Source of the DNA: Bdellovibrionales bacterium
GTDB lineage: Bacteria; Bdellovibrionota; Bdellovibrionia; Bdellovibrionales; UBA1609
NCBI GenBank assembly: GCA_965219095.1
Contig: CBDCMT010000001.1
Location: 1,184,001-1,248,000 of the forward strand
DNA: 64,000 nt
Direction of reading: 5' to 3'
Each line of letters starts with the position of its first letter. Position 1 is the first letter of the stretch. This document shows positions 32,946-45,267 of the stretch, piece by piece. The notes below the pieces were generated by a model. It did not search any database, had not been told where the DNA came from, and was given only the letters and a program-made list of their open reading frames with translations. The translations under genes were made by a program, and so were the position numbers.

Positions 32946-34220
32946 TACAGCATAACATTAAATTTCAATATATTTGACTTGTATTTTTGTTGTTCCTATA
33001 ATATTTGTTGTAGTTTAATAAAAAGTCCAAGGAGGGGATATGAGATCAAAGATGAAATTAAAAACAAAGGCAAGAGCAAATCCAAAAGCAAAAAGAAAGC
33101 CAAAAGTAAGGATAAAGTTAAAGAGTTCAGAGAAGACAAAATTAGAGAAGATGTTGAAGAAGGGAGTGAATCAGTCTCGAGTTTTAACACGAGCCAGGGT
33201 TTTACTTTTAAGCCATCAAGGGAAGGGTTCCACAGAGGTTTGTGAGATTCTTGGAGTGAGAACTTTAGGGACTATTCAAAATATCAAAGAAGGGTACTTG
33301 AAGGGAGGATTAGGGAGAGCACTTTATGATGCTCCTCGTCCTGGAAAGCCTCCTAAGTTTACAGGGAAGCAAAGGACGAAGATTACGAGTTTAGCTTGTA
33401 CGAAAGCTCCTGAAGGTTATGGTCGATGGAGTTTACAGATGCTATCTGATAAGTTGGTTGAGTTAAATGTTGTAGACTCTATTTCTCACACCCATGTGGG
33501 TCGTATATTAAAAAAAACGAAGTCAAACCTCATTTAAAAAGACAGTGGTGTTTAAGCAAGATCGATTCTCATTTTATTTGCCAAATGGAGTCTGTTTTAG
33601 AAGTTTATGAAAGAAAGCTAGATTCTAATCGTCCTGTTCTTTGTTTTGATGAGCGTCCTTGTCAATTGATAGAAGATGTTTTGATGCCAGTTCCTGTAAG
33701 CCCTGGAAAAGAAAAAAGAGAGGATTATCATTACAAAAGAAATGGAACCTGTGTTGTGTTCTTAGCCATAGAGCCATTGAGTGGAAGAAGAATTGTAGAG
33801 GTAAGAAAGAGAAAAACAAAGAAAGATTATGCTCTTTTCATGAGAAAAACGTCCTTATATTATAAGGACGTAGACAAGATCACATTGATACAAGATAATT
33901 TAAACACTCACAATGGCTCTTCTTTTTATGAGAACATGCCAGCTCAAAAGGCCTTGGAGTTAAAAAATAGACTTGAGATGATTTATACTCCTAAAAAGGC
34001 CAGTTGGTTAAATATGGCAGAAATCGAGTTTTCGGCTCTTTCGAAGCAATGTTTAAACCGACGTATAGGAAGTTTTGAACAACTAAAAAAAGAAGTAGAA
34101 ACTTGGACCCGTAAGAGAAACAAAGACAGAATCAAAATCAATTGGCAGTTTACAAATAATAAGGCTAGAAATAAGTTTAAGAGGCATTATGAAAATATTA
34201 AAATTTAATGTTATGCTGTA
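32946..34220 (+). mobile_element. IS630 element type C, two ORFs (33040-33537, to 34208) joined by a probable -1 frameshift
   Basis: IRs TACAGCATAACATTAAATTT; CTAG flanks; A-run near 33510; FDERP, QDNLNTH and WLNMAEIE motifs. Confidence 0.9.
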
Positions 34221-34341
34221 CTAGTGTATATTTTTTGTCGGGAATTTAGGGAAATAGATTTAAATGGTTATTTTTATTTGCAGAGTTCTTGATCTACTTC
34301 CAACCCTCTGAGATAGATAGTTTAGAGATCTTTAAAAAATC

Positions 34342-35860
34342 GGCTCCTCCCGGGAATCTGTGGGTGAAAAGTAGTAGAAATCCCCCAAAAGAGCTCATAT
34401 TAATCAAAGTAAGAGTAAGACATTCTATCTTGTATTTTTGAGTTCTTTGAGGCCCTTACTGGCCTCTATCACCTCCGGTGATTGAACTCAAAAACATTCA
34501 TTTTATTTGCTTTTATTTGCTGTGTTACATTAAAATTTTAAAAAAGAAGCACCTACTTCCCAGATGCCTTAAAATGTTATTCAAAAAAAAAAAAAGGAGG
34601 GAAGAGATGCTTTTGAAGACTATACTAAATGATTGTTTAAGATGGAAGTCTTTTGTATACGGAGACATTTATTTTTCAAAAGATAGAAAGTCAATTAATG
34701 TTCCTATTAAGGCTCGTAAAAATGGCCAAGCTTTTTGTAGTGTTTGTAAGAAGCCCTGTTCAGTGTATGACAGCAGTAAATCATCACGGGACTTTGAATC
34801 CCTTCCTATTTTAAGTTACAGGGTGTTTTTTGTTTATTTTGTAAGAAGAGTTAATTGTTCTTGCTGTGGAGTAAAAGTTGAGTATTTACCTTGGGCAGAT
34901 GGGAAGAAAAACCTAACAATTTTTTACATGAAGTACTTAGCAGACTGGTGTCGTCACCTGTCTTGGAAAGAGGTTTCTTGTAAGTTTCATGTCAGTTGGA
35001 ATCAGGTCTATGCTTCGGTAGAATGGGTCGTAGAATATGGTTTAAAACAAAGGGTTTTAAAGGGAATACAAGCTATAGGTGTAGATGAAATACAATGGAA
35101 AAAGAACCATCAGTATCTCACCTTAGTCTATGAAATAAGCAAAGAAAGTGTTCGTTTGCTATGGATAGGAGAAAAAAGAACAGAAAAGAGTTTTAGAAAA
35201 TTCTTTGATTTACTAGGAGAGAAGTCAAAAGATATACAGTTTGTGTGTTCTGATATGTGGAAGCCCTATTTAAAAGTAATAAAGGAAAGGGCAAGTCAAG
35301 CTTTGAATATATTAGATCGGTTTCATATCGTAGCAAGACTCAATAAGGCTTTAGACGAAGTGAGAGCTTCAGAACACAAAAAAATGAAAGAAGATGGGTA
35401 TGAACCCCTTTTAACAAAAGCTAGATGGCCCTTGTTAAAAAATGCAGAAAATTTAAAATCTTATGAAAAAGTAAAATTAAGGCATTTAATACAGTACAAT
35501 TTAAAAAGTATCCGCTGTTATTTTTTAAAAGAAGACTTCCGACAGTTATGGACCTATGTTTCACCAACTTGGGCTGGTAAATTTATAGACAGTTGGACGA
35601 GACGAGTCATGCTTTCAAAAATTGAACCTATGAAAAGAGAAGCAAAAACCATACGAAGACATAAGCTACTTATTCTTAATTACTTCAAGGCTAAAAAAAC
35701 CTTCTCCTCAGGGATTGTAGAGGGTTTAAACAACAAAGTAAAACTCACTATGAAAAAATCTTACGGCTTTAGAACCTCTAAAGCTATAAAAATCGCCTTA
35801 TATCATAACCTTGGAAAACTGCCAGAACCTCCGGGAACCCACAGATTCTTTTGAGGAGGC
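34342..35860 (+). mobile_element. ISL3 element, transposase 34607-35854
   Basis: GGCTCCTC/GAGGAGGC ends; 8-bp duplication AAAAAATC; GVDE, SDMW, DRFH and EGLNN motifs. Confidence 0.93.
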
Positions 35861-36175
35861 AAAAAATCTAAAATCTTTTGAAAATGATCAAGACGATTTT
35901 TTCTTTTTGTAATACCATGACCCTCATCCTCATAAATGACAAGTTTTGTTTTTTTACCTGATTTTATGAGTTGATTGTAAATAGAAGTAGCTTCAGAAAG
36001 AGGAACACGAGGATCTTTAGCTCCTTGGATGATGAGAAGAGGAGCCTGAATCTTATCGATAAAATAAATAGGAGAACGTTCTTTCCAAAGTTCTATATGA
36101 GATCGATCTCCCATTTCATGTTCCAAATAATCCTTAAATTCTTTTTTAGTTGTGCTAAAAAAAGTTTCTAAATTA

Positions 36176-37874
36176 CCTAAATTCGTGACCAAAAATGTAC
36201 ACTACAAAGCTATAATTTCCCATTTTCCATAAAAATCTCAGTTTTCATAGGGGAATTTTCGATTTTTAGATAAAATCACAAAAAATAACTTGCCTTGCAT
36301 TTTCCTTTATAGTGTAATATATTACACTATAAGAGGGAGAAATATGAGCTTTATCAGAAGAATAAAAAGAGGAAAGGTAACATATCTTGCAGAAGTAGAG
36401 AACAAAAGGGTTGATGGAAAAGTTATCCAAAAGCATATTCGGTACATCGGGAAGGAAGAGAATGGTGAAACTGTAATTTCAATGAGTTCATCTGATCTTG
36501 AAATAGAAAAGGTCAAGGTTTATGGTCCTTTGCTTGTTTTAGATAAAATAGCTAGGGAAATAGATTTGCAAAAATCTCTTGGCCAATACTCCAATGAAAT
36601 ATTAAGCATGGTCTATGCTCACTGTTTAGATTACAAAAGCCTTAGAAAAATGCCAAAATGGTATGAGAGAACAGATTTAAACACTTTGCTAAATTTAGAG
36701 GATCTAACCGAAAGTCGTTTGCTTTCTGCTCTAGATTCTTTAGAGAGTGATCCAGAAAATTTACAGAAGAAAATATTTCAAGGTGTTCAGAAAAGGTACA
36801 ATCTTGAGCTAAAAGGGTTGGTGTACGATGTTACCAATACATACCTTTATGGTAGCAAATGTCAGCTTGGAAAATTAGGAAAGAGTAAGGATGGGAAACG
36901 TGGAAATCCTTTGATTCAAATTGGTTTGGTGACAACTCAAAAAGAAGGAATACCAGTGTTTCATAAAACTTTTAGTGGAAACATACACGATAGCAGGACT
37001 CTACTAAGTTTATCCGATGGATTTGCAAACTATGGACTAAGTGGAGGAATGTTTGTTTACGACAGAGGCATTTTTTCAGAGAGAAACCTCAATGAAATCA
37101 ATGATTTGGGCTGGAATACGCTTTGTGGGATTGCTCTCAGAAAAAAAGAGAAGGATTTGATTAGAAAAATGATAAGGCTAGACTCTATTGTTGATGTATC
37201 CCATCGCATCAGGTTATCAAGTGGTACCTTGTATGCTCAGAGCATTAATCACAATGTTGGAAAAATCAAAGGACGTTTAGTTGTTTGTTACAATCAAAGG
37301 AGAGCTTTAGATATAAGAGAATCTCGTTTGGACGAAATTGCAAACGCACAAATTCTTTTGTCTAAAAATAAAAATATAAAACCAGGTTTGGAAAAATACC
37401 TTACTCCAACAGGAAGATTAAGAAGAGATCGGTTGAATTTAGAATCTGAGTTTGATGGTTACTCTTGTATATTTTCTACAAAAAAGATCTCTACAAAAGA
37501 TATTGTTAATTTGTACTATAAGAAAGAGATAATTGAAAAATCTTTTAGGACCTTAAAGGGAATAACAAATTTGAGACCAATTCGTCATTGGCTTTACAAC
37601 AGAGTTCAATCACATGTCTTTATATGCTATTTATCTTGTCTGATACTTTCAATTCTAAAAATGAAGCTTGAAAAGATGCAGATGTCTCCAGAGGAAGCTC
37701 TTGAAGAACTCGGTAGCATGTATAATGTCTATCTTTATGACCGAAAAAATAAAACTAGACTTATCAAAACAGTAGCTTTGAATAAAGTTCAAGAAAAAAT
37801 ACTAAGATCTATTGGAAAAAGTCTTGTCAAAAAAACGTCCGTCTGTAGTGTACATTTTTGAGCACGAACTCAGG
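36176..37874 (+). mobile_element. IS1634-family element type A (transposase ~36344-37861)
   Basis: IRs CCT.A.TTCGTG..CAAAAATGTACACTACA; 7-bp duplication TAAATTA; YDVT, YDRG, IEKSFR and HVFICYLS motifs. Confidence 0.92.
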
Positions 37875-38133
37875 TAAATTAGAGGGACCAGCCACATCAA
37901 TACCAGCAGCCCAAACATTAGGCTGCTTTGTTAAAGCCATAAGCGTCATATAGCCACCGTAACTTCCTCCGTAAGCAATAACTTTTTTAGGGTCCACATA
38001 ACCTGTCTTTAAAAGAAACTTAACACCATATTTCAGGTCTTCTAAATCTCCGCCTCCCCAATCCATATTGTTTAAATCTTCATATTCTTTGCCATAGGAT
38101 GAAGAGCCTCTAATATTAGGAGCTAAAATAATA

Positions 38134-38181
38134 GCCTCCTCAAAAGAATCTGTGGGTTCCCGGAGGTTCTTTTGAGGAGCC
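38134..38181 (-). mobile_element. 48-bp mini-ISL3 (two ends only), in frame inside the peptidase
   Basis: GCCTCCTCAAAAGAA...TTCTTTTGAGGAGCC; matches the ISL3 right end. Confidence 0.8.
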
Positions 38182-39064
38182 TTATCTTTTAAATCAACTA
38201 TCTCTAGGGAGTAGGGAAGTGTTGCTGAAATCCTTTTGTAGAGAATTTTTTCGTTGTCTAAAAAAACAAGACCATAAATCCAGCCATTTAGAGTTACTGT
38301 TTGAAATACCTTAGACGCTTTCCCTTCATTTATGTCAGCTATAACAATATCCCTATTTCCATGAGAAAAGCATAAGAAAGCTATTTTAGAACCATTCTTA
38401 GAAAAGCGAGGAGAGAAACATTCTCTGTTTTGATGGATCCATTGGACTTTATCAGTCTCCATGTTTAAAAAACTTATTTCAGAGAAACCTCTCTTTTCTG
38501 GAATCTTAGTTAAAGGGAGGTATTTTTTATTCTTAGATAATCTGCCAGGATAAGCTAGAAAGTTATAACCTTTATAAGATTTTTCCTTAAGAGAATAAAT
38601 TCTTAAATTTCCTTTTGAAAAGTCATTAGTTGCGGAAAGAGCAATTTTATTTTCACTCACCCAAACAGGTCTTCTCTTTGAAACCTCATCAAAAGTAATT
38701 CGAGTTAAACTTTTATCTTTTAAAGATAAAGTATAGAGTTGTGGATGTTTTGGTGAGGCTTGATTTGAAATAAGAGCTATTTTATCTCCTTGGGGAGACC
38801 ACTTAGGAACTGAAAAATAAGCTTTTGGGTTTTTTGTAAGAGCTTTAAACTCTTTTGTTTTTAAGTTTAAAAGAAAGATTTGGTACATCTCATTTCTATT
38901 TTCATCTTTAAGAAACAACGCATACTTTCCATCAGGCGAGACAGAAGAGATTAAAAAACTTTCCTTTGTTTTAACTAAAAGGCTTCTCTTGTTTTCTTTT
39001 ATGGAATAAATAAAAATATGATTCTTCTTGCCATTCCATTCTTGAATAAGGATTTTATCTTTAT

Positions 39065-40584
39065 GCATCCTCGAAAGAATCTGTGGGTTCCCGGAGGTTC
39101 TGGCAGTTTTCCAAGGTTATGATATAAGGCGATTTTTATAGCTTTAGAGGTTCTAAAGCCGTAAGATTTTCTCATAGTGAGTTTTACTTTGTTGTTTAAA
39201 CCCTCTACAATCCCTGAGGAGAAGGTTTTTTTAGCCTTGAAGTAATTAAGAATAAGTAGCTTATGTCTTTGTATGGTTTTTGCTTTTCTTTTCATAGGTT
39301 CAATTTTTGAAAGCATGACTCGTCTCGTCCAACTGTCTATAAATTTACCAGCCCAAGTTGGTGGAACATAGGTCCATAACTGTCGGAAGTCTTCTTTTAA
39401 AAAATAACAGCGGATACTTTTTAAATTGTACTGTATTAAATGCCTTAATTTTACTTTTTCATAAGATTTTAAATTTTCTGCATTTTTTAACAAGGGCCAT
39501 CTAGCTTTTGTTAAAAGGGGTTCATACCCGTCTTCTTTCATTTTTTTGTGTTCTGAAGCTCTCACTTCGTCTAAAGCCTTATTGAGTCTTGCTACGATAT
39601 GAAACCGATCTAATATATTCAAAGCTTGACTTGCCCTTTCCTTTATTACTTTTAAATAGGGCTTCCACATATCAGAACACACAAACTGTATATCTTTTGA
39701 CTTCTCTCCTAGTAAATCAAAAAACTTGTTGAAACTCTCCTCTGTTCTTTTTTCTCCTATCCATAGCAAACGAACACTTTCTTTGCTTATTTCATAGACT
39801 AAGGTGAGATACTGATGGTTCTTTTTCCATTGTATTTCATCTACACCTATAGCTTGTATTCCCTTTAAAACCCTTTGTTTTAAACCATATTCTACGACCC
39901 ATTCTACCGAAGCATAGACCTGATTCCAACTGACATGAAACTTACAAGAAACCTCTTTCCAAGACAGGTGACGACACCAGTCTGCTAAATACTTCATGTA
40001 AAAGATCGTTAAACTCTTCTTACCATCGGCCCAAGGTAAATACTCAACTTTTACCCCACAGCAAGGACAATTAACTCTTCTTACAAAATAAACAAAAAAC
40101 ACCCTGTAACTTAAAATAGGAAGGGATTCAAAGTCCCGTGATGATTTACTGCTGTCATACACTGAACAGGGCTTCTTACAAACACTACAAAAAGCTTGGC
40201 CATTTTTACGAGCCTTAATAGGAACATTAATTGACTTTCTATCTTTTGAAAAATAAATGTCTCCGTATACAAAAGACTTCCATCTTAAACAATCATTTAG
40301 TATAGTCTTCAAAAGCATCTCTTCCCTCCTTTTTTTTTTTTTTGAATAACATTTTAAGGCATCTGGGAAGTAGGTGCTTCTTTTTTAAAATTTTAATGTA
40401 ACACAGCAAATAAAAGCAAATAAAATGAATGTTTTTGAGTTCAATCACCGGAGGTGATAGAGGCCAGTAAGGGCCTCAAAGAACTCAAAAATACAAGATA
40501 GAATGTCTTACTCTTACTTTGATTAATATGAGCTCTTTTGGGGGATTTCTACTACTTTTCACCCACAGATTCCCGGGAGGAGCC
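39065..40584 (-). mobile_element. ISL3 element copy 2 (stop codon lost, ORF reads out of the element)
   Basis: Near-identical to 34342-35860; no matching duplication seen. Confidence 0.92.
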
Positions 40585-40613
40585 AAAATTTTTTCATACA
40601 ATAACTCTTACTG

Positions 40614-42248
40614 CCTAAGTTTGAGACAATTTTTACTCACTAGGATTTAAGAAAGTATGGAAGTGCGATTTCTCAAAATTCCTAAATTTATGGAATTCAG
40701 TATTTTTTCTTGCTTCTTATTTAAAGTAACAGTTTTCATCAACCTTACTTTTTTCTTTTTATCAGAAAAATAAACATTATACATTGTTTCCAACTCCTCA
40801 ATGGCTTTTTGTGGAGATATTCCAACATTTTTATGATTTAATCTCATTTTTAAAATTGATAATAAAAGATAGGATAAATAACATATGAACACATGGGCTT
40901 TAACTTTTTTGTTTAGCCAAAATCTGATAGGTTGTATATTCGAGATACCTTTCAATACTTTAAAAGCTTGTTCTATAACATCCTTGTCAAAATAAATCCT
41001 TACCATTTCCTTTTCTGAAATGGATTTCTTTGTGCAGAAAAGACAAAAAAATCCATCCAACTCTTCCTCTCTTTTTAAAAGCTCTGTCCTGATTCTGCCA
41101 GTGGCTGTTAAATATCTTTCAAAACGTTCGTTTATCTTTTTCCCTTTTTTTCTTAATTCTTGAGCCTCAAGAAGGCCCAATCTTCTTGATTCTGTTTCCT
41201 CTAATTTTTTTAATGCATTATAACAAATTACCAATTTTCCACTAATTGAAGCTAATTTATAAGTAACTCCTCCCACATAAAAACTACTCTTATTGACTCG
41301 GACTATGCTTGATATGTTGTCCAGGAATTTTTTATTTGAAAACTTTCTTATAATAGCCTTTTCTTTCTCTCGAATGGGCAAGCCACATAAGGTATTTAAG
41401 CCTATTTCCCTAGAGGACATCAGATTTTTTTTAGAAACTACACCCCGATCATAAACAAACAGTTGAGGACGAATTTGACTTTTTCGTAAATACTCTAGAA
41501 CGCATGAAAGAGTTCTTGTGTTATGAATATTTCCATCAAATGTTTTGTGAAATACAGGAACTCCTTCATTTTGTGTTGTCACCAAAGCTATTTGAATAAG
41601 ATCATTTTGTCTTTGACCATCCTTACTTCTTCCTTGTTTTCCCATTGAGCAGGCCTTTCCATGAAAATAAGTGTTTGTAGTGTCATAAACTAGACCTTTG
41701 GTATCTAATTTATATGTTCTCTTGACCTTATTAAAGATGGTTTTCTGATAAGCTTCTATTTTCTCATCGTTAATACTGTCCATTGCAGAAACCAATCGAC
41801 TTTCTGTCAAAGAATCTAAGTTTAGAAGCAAATTTAAATCAGTTCTTTCATACCATTTTGGCATATTCCGTAAGCTTTTATAATTTATACAGTGAGCGTA
41901 AGTCATGCTTAGTATTTCGTTGGAGTATTCCCCTAAAATTTCTGGAAGATTTATTTTTTTTGCAATGCTGTGAAAGGCAAGCAAGGGACCATAGATTTTT
42001 ACACCATCCATTTGAATATCTTTTGATGAAAGAGAAATGACAGCCTCTTTATTAACTTCTTTTCCAATATGACGGATGTATTTCTGAACAACTTTACCTT
42101 TAACCCATCGATTTTCTACTTCTGCAAGATAAACGACACCACCCTTTTTGTATCTTCTAATAAAGCTCATGAACACCTCCTAGTGAGTATAATACTCACT
42201 ATAAACCTAAGAAAAGTCAAGGCTTATTTTTCTTTGGATTGAAAATTC
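40614..42248 (-). mobile_element. IS1634-family element type B (transposase 40647-42176)
   Basis: YDTT, YDRG, IEQAFK and HVFICYLS motifs; end CCTAAGTTTGAGAC repeated at ~61388. Confidence 0.88.
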
Positions 42249-43781
42249 GTAACTGCTCACTCTCGTAAGTTTTTATTTAAAGCCATAGAGATGGCTTCTA
42301 AAGAAGAATACCCTTTATTTCTCATTGTTTTAACATAGCTGGTAATGCGACAAAAATATTTCGCCATTTCTTCTGTTCTGAAACACCCTGACACTTTCTT
42401 TTTCACCTTAGTCATTCTTAGATCTCTTTCAGCTCTGTTGTTAGTAGGATCTACGTTCTTTCTTTTAGCAAAACACAGTATTTCTGCTTCATACTTTTTA
42501 AATCGCAGCCAAAGGTTTTGAGCTTGTGTATGCTTTATTCGTCCTTTCTTGCCATTTTTCTTAGGAAATTCTGGAAGCTCTTTTAAGCCTTTTGTAAGAA
42601 TACTCCTATACCTTCTCTGAAGAGTTTCGTACTCTTTTTGAGTCAGAACTCTTGACTCTTTTTTATGAACTAACTCCACAGTCTCTTTAAGAAGTTTTTT
42701 GAGATTTGTAGCCCATTTGAATCCATTGCTTTCTTCTATAAATTTAAGCTCTCTCAAAAGGTGAGCCACACACAAAGCATGAGTTATCTTATCATAACAA
42801 AAGTAAGGACTCCAACAATCATGCACAAGCACTCCTGCATATCTATCCAAGAGACCAATATCTTTTATGGCTTCCCTTCCACCTGAAAGGTGGAGAAACT
42901 GCAAGACTAATTCTCCTGAACTATAAGTATGAATCCAGTAGTTTTTACCCTTAACCCTCATAGAGGTCTCATCAACATGAATGACCTCTGATTCAAGTAT
43001 CTTTTCTTTCATCTGCTCTTCCCAACTTTTAAGAAACTCTCCTAATTCAGCAATGTATCTCAACATAACTGCAGGAGAAATCATTCGACCTATAAGCCCC
43101 ATGTAATGTTCCCCAACACGCTCTAAAAGACAGCATCTGAACTATAATGAAATTGATGATGGAAGCTCTAATGCCTATACCATACTGAAGAGGACCACTC
43201 ATACCTTTAGGGAATTGACCTTTATTTCTAGCTCCACATGAGGGACAATCCTTAACCTCAGAAGTTACAGTATGGGTCTGAATTTCATAAAAAATATCAA
43301 TCTTTTTACGCTTCTCAAGGCTTTTTACCTCTGCTGTCTTTAAAAACATCCCACACTGAGAACACTCTGAGGGAGAGACAGTCTCCTCACTGTTTGTATC
43401 TTTACTGTTATCAAGTCTAGAGCCCTTTTTCTGACTCCCACTAGCTTTCTTATTACGATTCCCTTGACGACTAAAATCTTGCGAAGGAGGAAGACCGCTG
43501 TTGCTGGAATTTTTTCGAACCTGTTTTTCTAAAAACACAACAATCAGAATGTTCACAACCTTAAAGAGAGATTCAAAAACCACAGAAATCTCAGTAGGCA
43601 CAGAACCTTTCTTTGCAAGCTTATCAAAGTCACTTCTTATATTTTCAATCTCATTTCTGATGGAGGTCTTATTTATTGTCATTTGAAAAGAGTATTTAAA
43701 AGAAAATCTGTAAGAGCAAGACTTTTATCTTAAAACAGGTCTAAAGTTAAGGATAACTGAACAATGTAGGTGAGCAGTTAC
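42249..43781 (-). mobile_element. IS66 family (single-ORF, ISBst12-like) element, frameshifted
   Basis: IRs GTAACTGCTCAC; KNSSNSGLPPS, HVDET, CVAHLLRE and TNNRAERDLR motifs. Confidence 0.9.
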
Positions 43782-44081
43782 AAATTTTTCTTATAAGTTT
43801 TTCTTATAAGTTTTTCTATAAAAGGAGGGATTTTATGGAAGAAGGGATTAATTTAAACTCAGATAGGGCGGTCAGATAACCGAGTTACGATGAGTCTAAC
43901 TCTTCTAATCAGAGTTTTTAAGTCCCAGCTTTTCAAAAAAAAGCTGATCATCCATATTTTCTTTTTGATAGACATTTTTATGTTCGAATTAATTTTTGTA
44001 ATTGGTATATGGTCTTGAGAAAGAGCTTTTTTAGTGAAAAAATGGTTGTGCTAGTAAATGTAGTTAGGTATCATAAAAAAT

Positions 44082-44723
44082 ATGAGATTTTTTAAGAAAT
44101 TTAGCTCTTTTTCGAACCTTTATGTGATTTTAGCGATAGGTTTGATTTTATTTTGCCTTGTAAATATTAGTATCTTAAGAAAAAACAATATAAAAAGAGA
44201 TATAGCTCAAATTACCGCAATAGATGAAACGGGACGATATCTAGGGAAAGAAAAGTTTCCTTTCAAACGACTATTAGGCCCTAAATGGAAAGTGCCAAAA
44301 GAGTTTCTCTGCTCTTTGTTGATGAGTTCAGATGGTAATGGAGCTTTTAAAGTGAAGGCTAGTTTTTCAGATATTGACATTAAACCCTTAACGTTAAAGA
44401 GTGATGATAAAGGCTTTTATTACTATGCTCACTTTGAGAGAGATCAAATAGAATTTAAAAAGGTAAGAGAAGGAGAGCTTTGTAAAGAATCTTTAAATGA
44501 ATTAAAGGATTACAATAAATCTTGGAGTCGTACGAAAACTCATAATTTTACTTTGATGTTGCAGCTTGTTTCGGGAGACATTCCTGCGGTTGTTGTTCTA
44601 AAAAAAAGGTCTTCTTTTAATACACGTAATTACATAAAAGAATGCCTTTTCACCTTAACAACTAGTGACAAGAATGCTCTACGAAAGGGGAAAAAGGACA
44701 AGAAAGTTTGTGTTCTTCAGTAA
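44082..44723 (+). CDS. Hypothetical protein with N-terminal membrane anchor
   Basis: 213-aa ORF with one hydrophobic N-terminal helix. Confidence 0.6.
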   Translation: MRFFKKFSSFSNLYVILAIGLILFCLVNISILRKNNIKRDIAQITAIDETGRYLGKEKFPFKRLLGPKWKVPKEFLCSLLMSSDGNGAFKVKASFSDIDIKPLTLKSDDKGFYYYAHFERDQIEFKKVREGELCKESLNELKDYNKSWSRTKTHNFTLMLQLVSGDIPAVVVLKKRSSFNTRNYIKECLFTLTTSDKNALRKGKKDKKVCVLQ

Positions 44724-44821
44724 AAGCAATCTTGTAAGCTAAATTGTAGAGCCTGTTAATCATGGCTATAAATTTAAGAGGTTTTTTTATTGACTTAGAG
44801 GAAGAACAGGTGTAAGGTTTT

Positions 44822-45265
44822 TTGTATATGGAAACATCTACTTCAGAAAAAAAAATACATTTTTTCGATAAATGGGGAATTTACCTTTCAGGAACTTGTG
44901 TTATTCATTGTATACTTGCTCCTATTTTTCTTATTTTTTATCCCACTTTTAGTTTGGTTTTTCTCTCTAATGAAGCACTTTTTCATTTTTTTATTTCTGT
45001 TTTTATTTTACCTAGTTTTCTTTTTGTGCTTTACTCCTATTTTAAAATTCACAAACAAAAAAAACCTTTAGTTTATCTCTTTTTAGGATTTTCTTTTATT
45101 CTTTTTTCTGCATTTTTAGCTCATGATGTTTTAGGCCACATTTCAGAATATCTTTTTTCTATTCTAGGAAGCCTTCTTATGATAAGAGGTCATTTTATCA
45201 ACCATAATCATTGCAAAGCATGTAGGACAAAACAACATTGCCTTGGAGAAAAAATCTTTAAATAA
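44822..45265 (+). CDS. MerC-family membrane protein
   Basis: DKWGIYLSGTCVIHC motif; about 4 TM helices; His/Cys-rich tail. Confidence 0.8.
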   Translation: MYMETSTSEKKIHFFDKWGIYLSGTCVIHCILAPIFLIFYPTFSLVFLSNEALFHFFISVFILPSFLFVLYSYFKIHKQKKPLVYLFLGFSFILFSAFLAHDVLGHISEYLFSILGSLLMIRGHFINHNHCKACRTKQHCLGEKIFK

Positions 45266-45267
45266 AA

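Larger units (their letters stand above)
34294..39064 (-). pseudogene. S9 family peptidase (beta-propeller plus hydrolase) disrupted by ISL3, IS1634 and a mini-ISL3
   Basis: GGSYGG nucleophile, GAKDPRVP Asp and DEGHG His motifs; fragments rejoin in frame across the target-site duplications. Confidence 0.88.
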
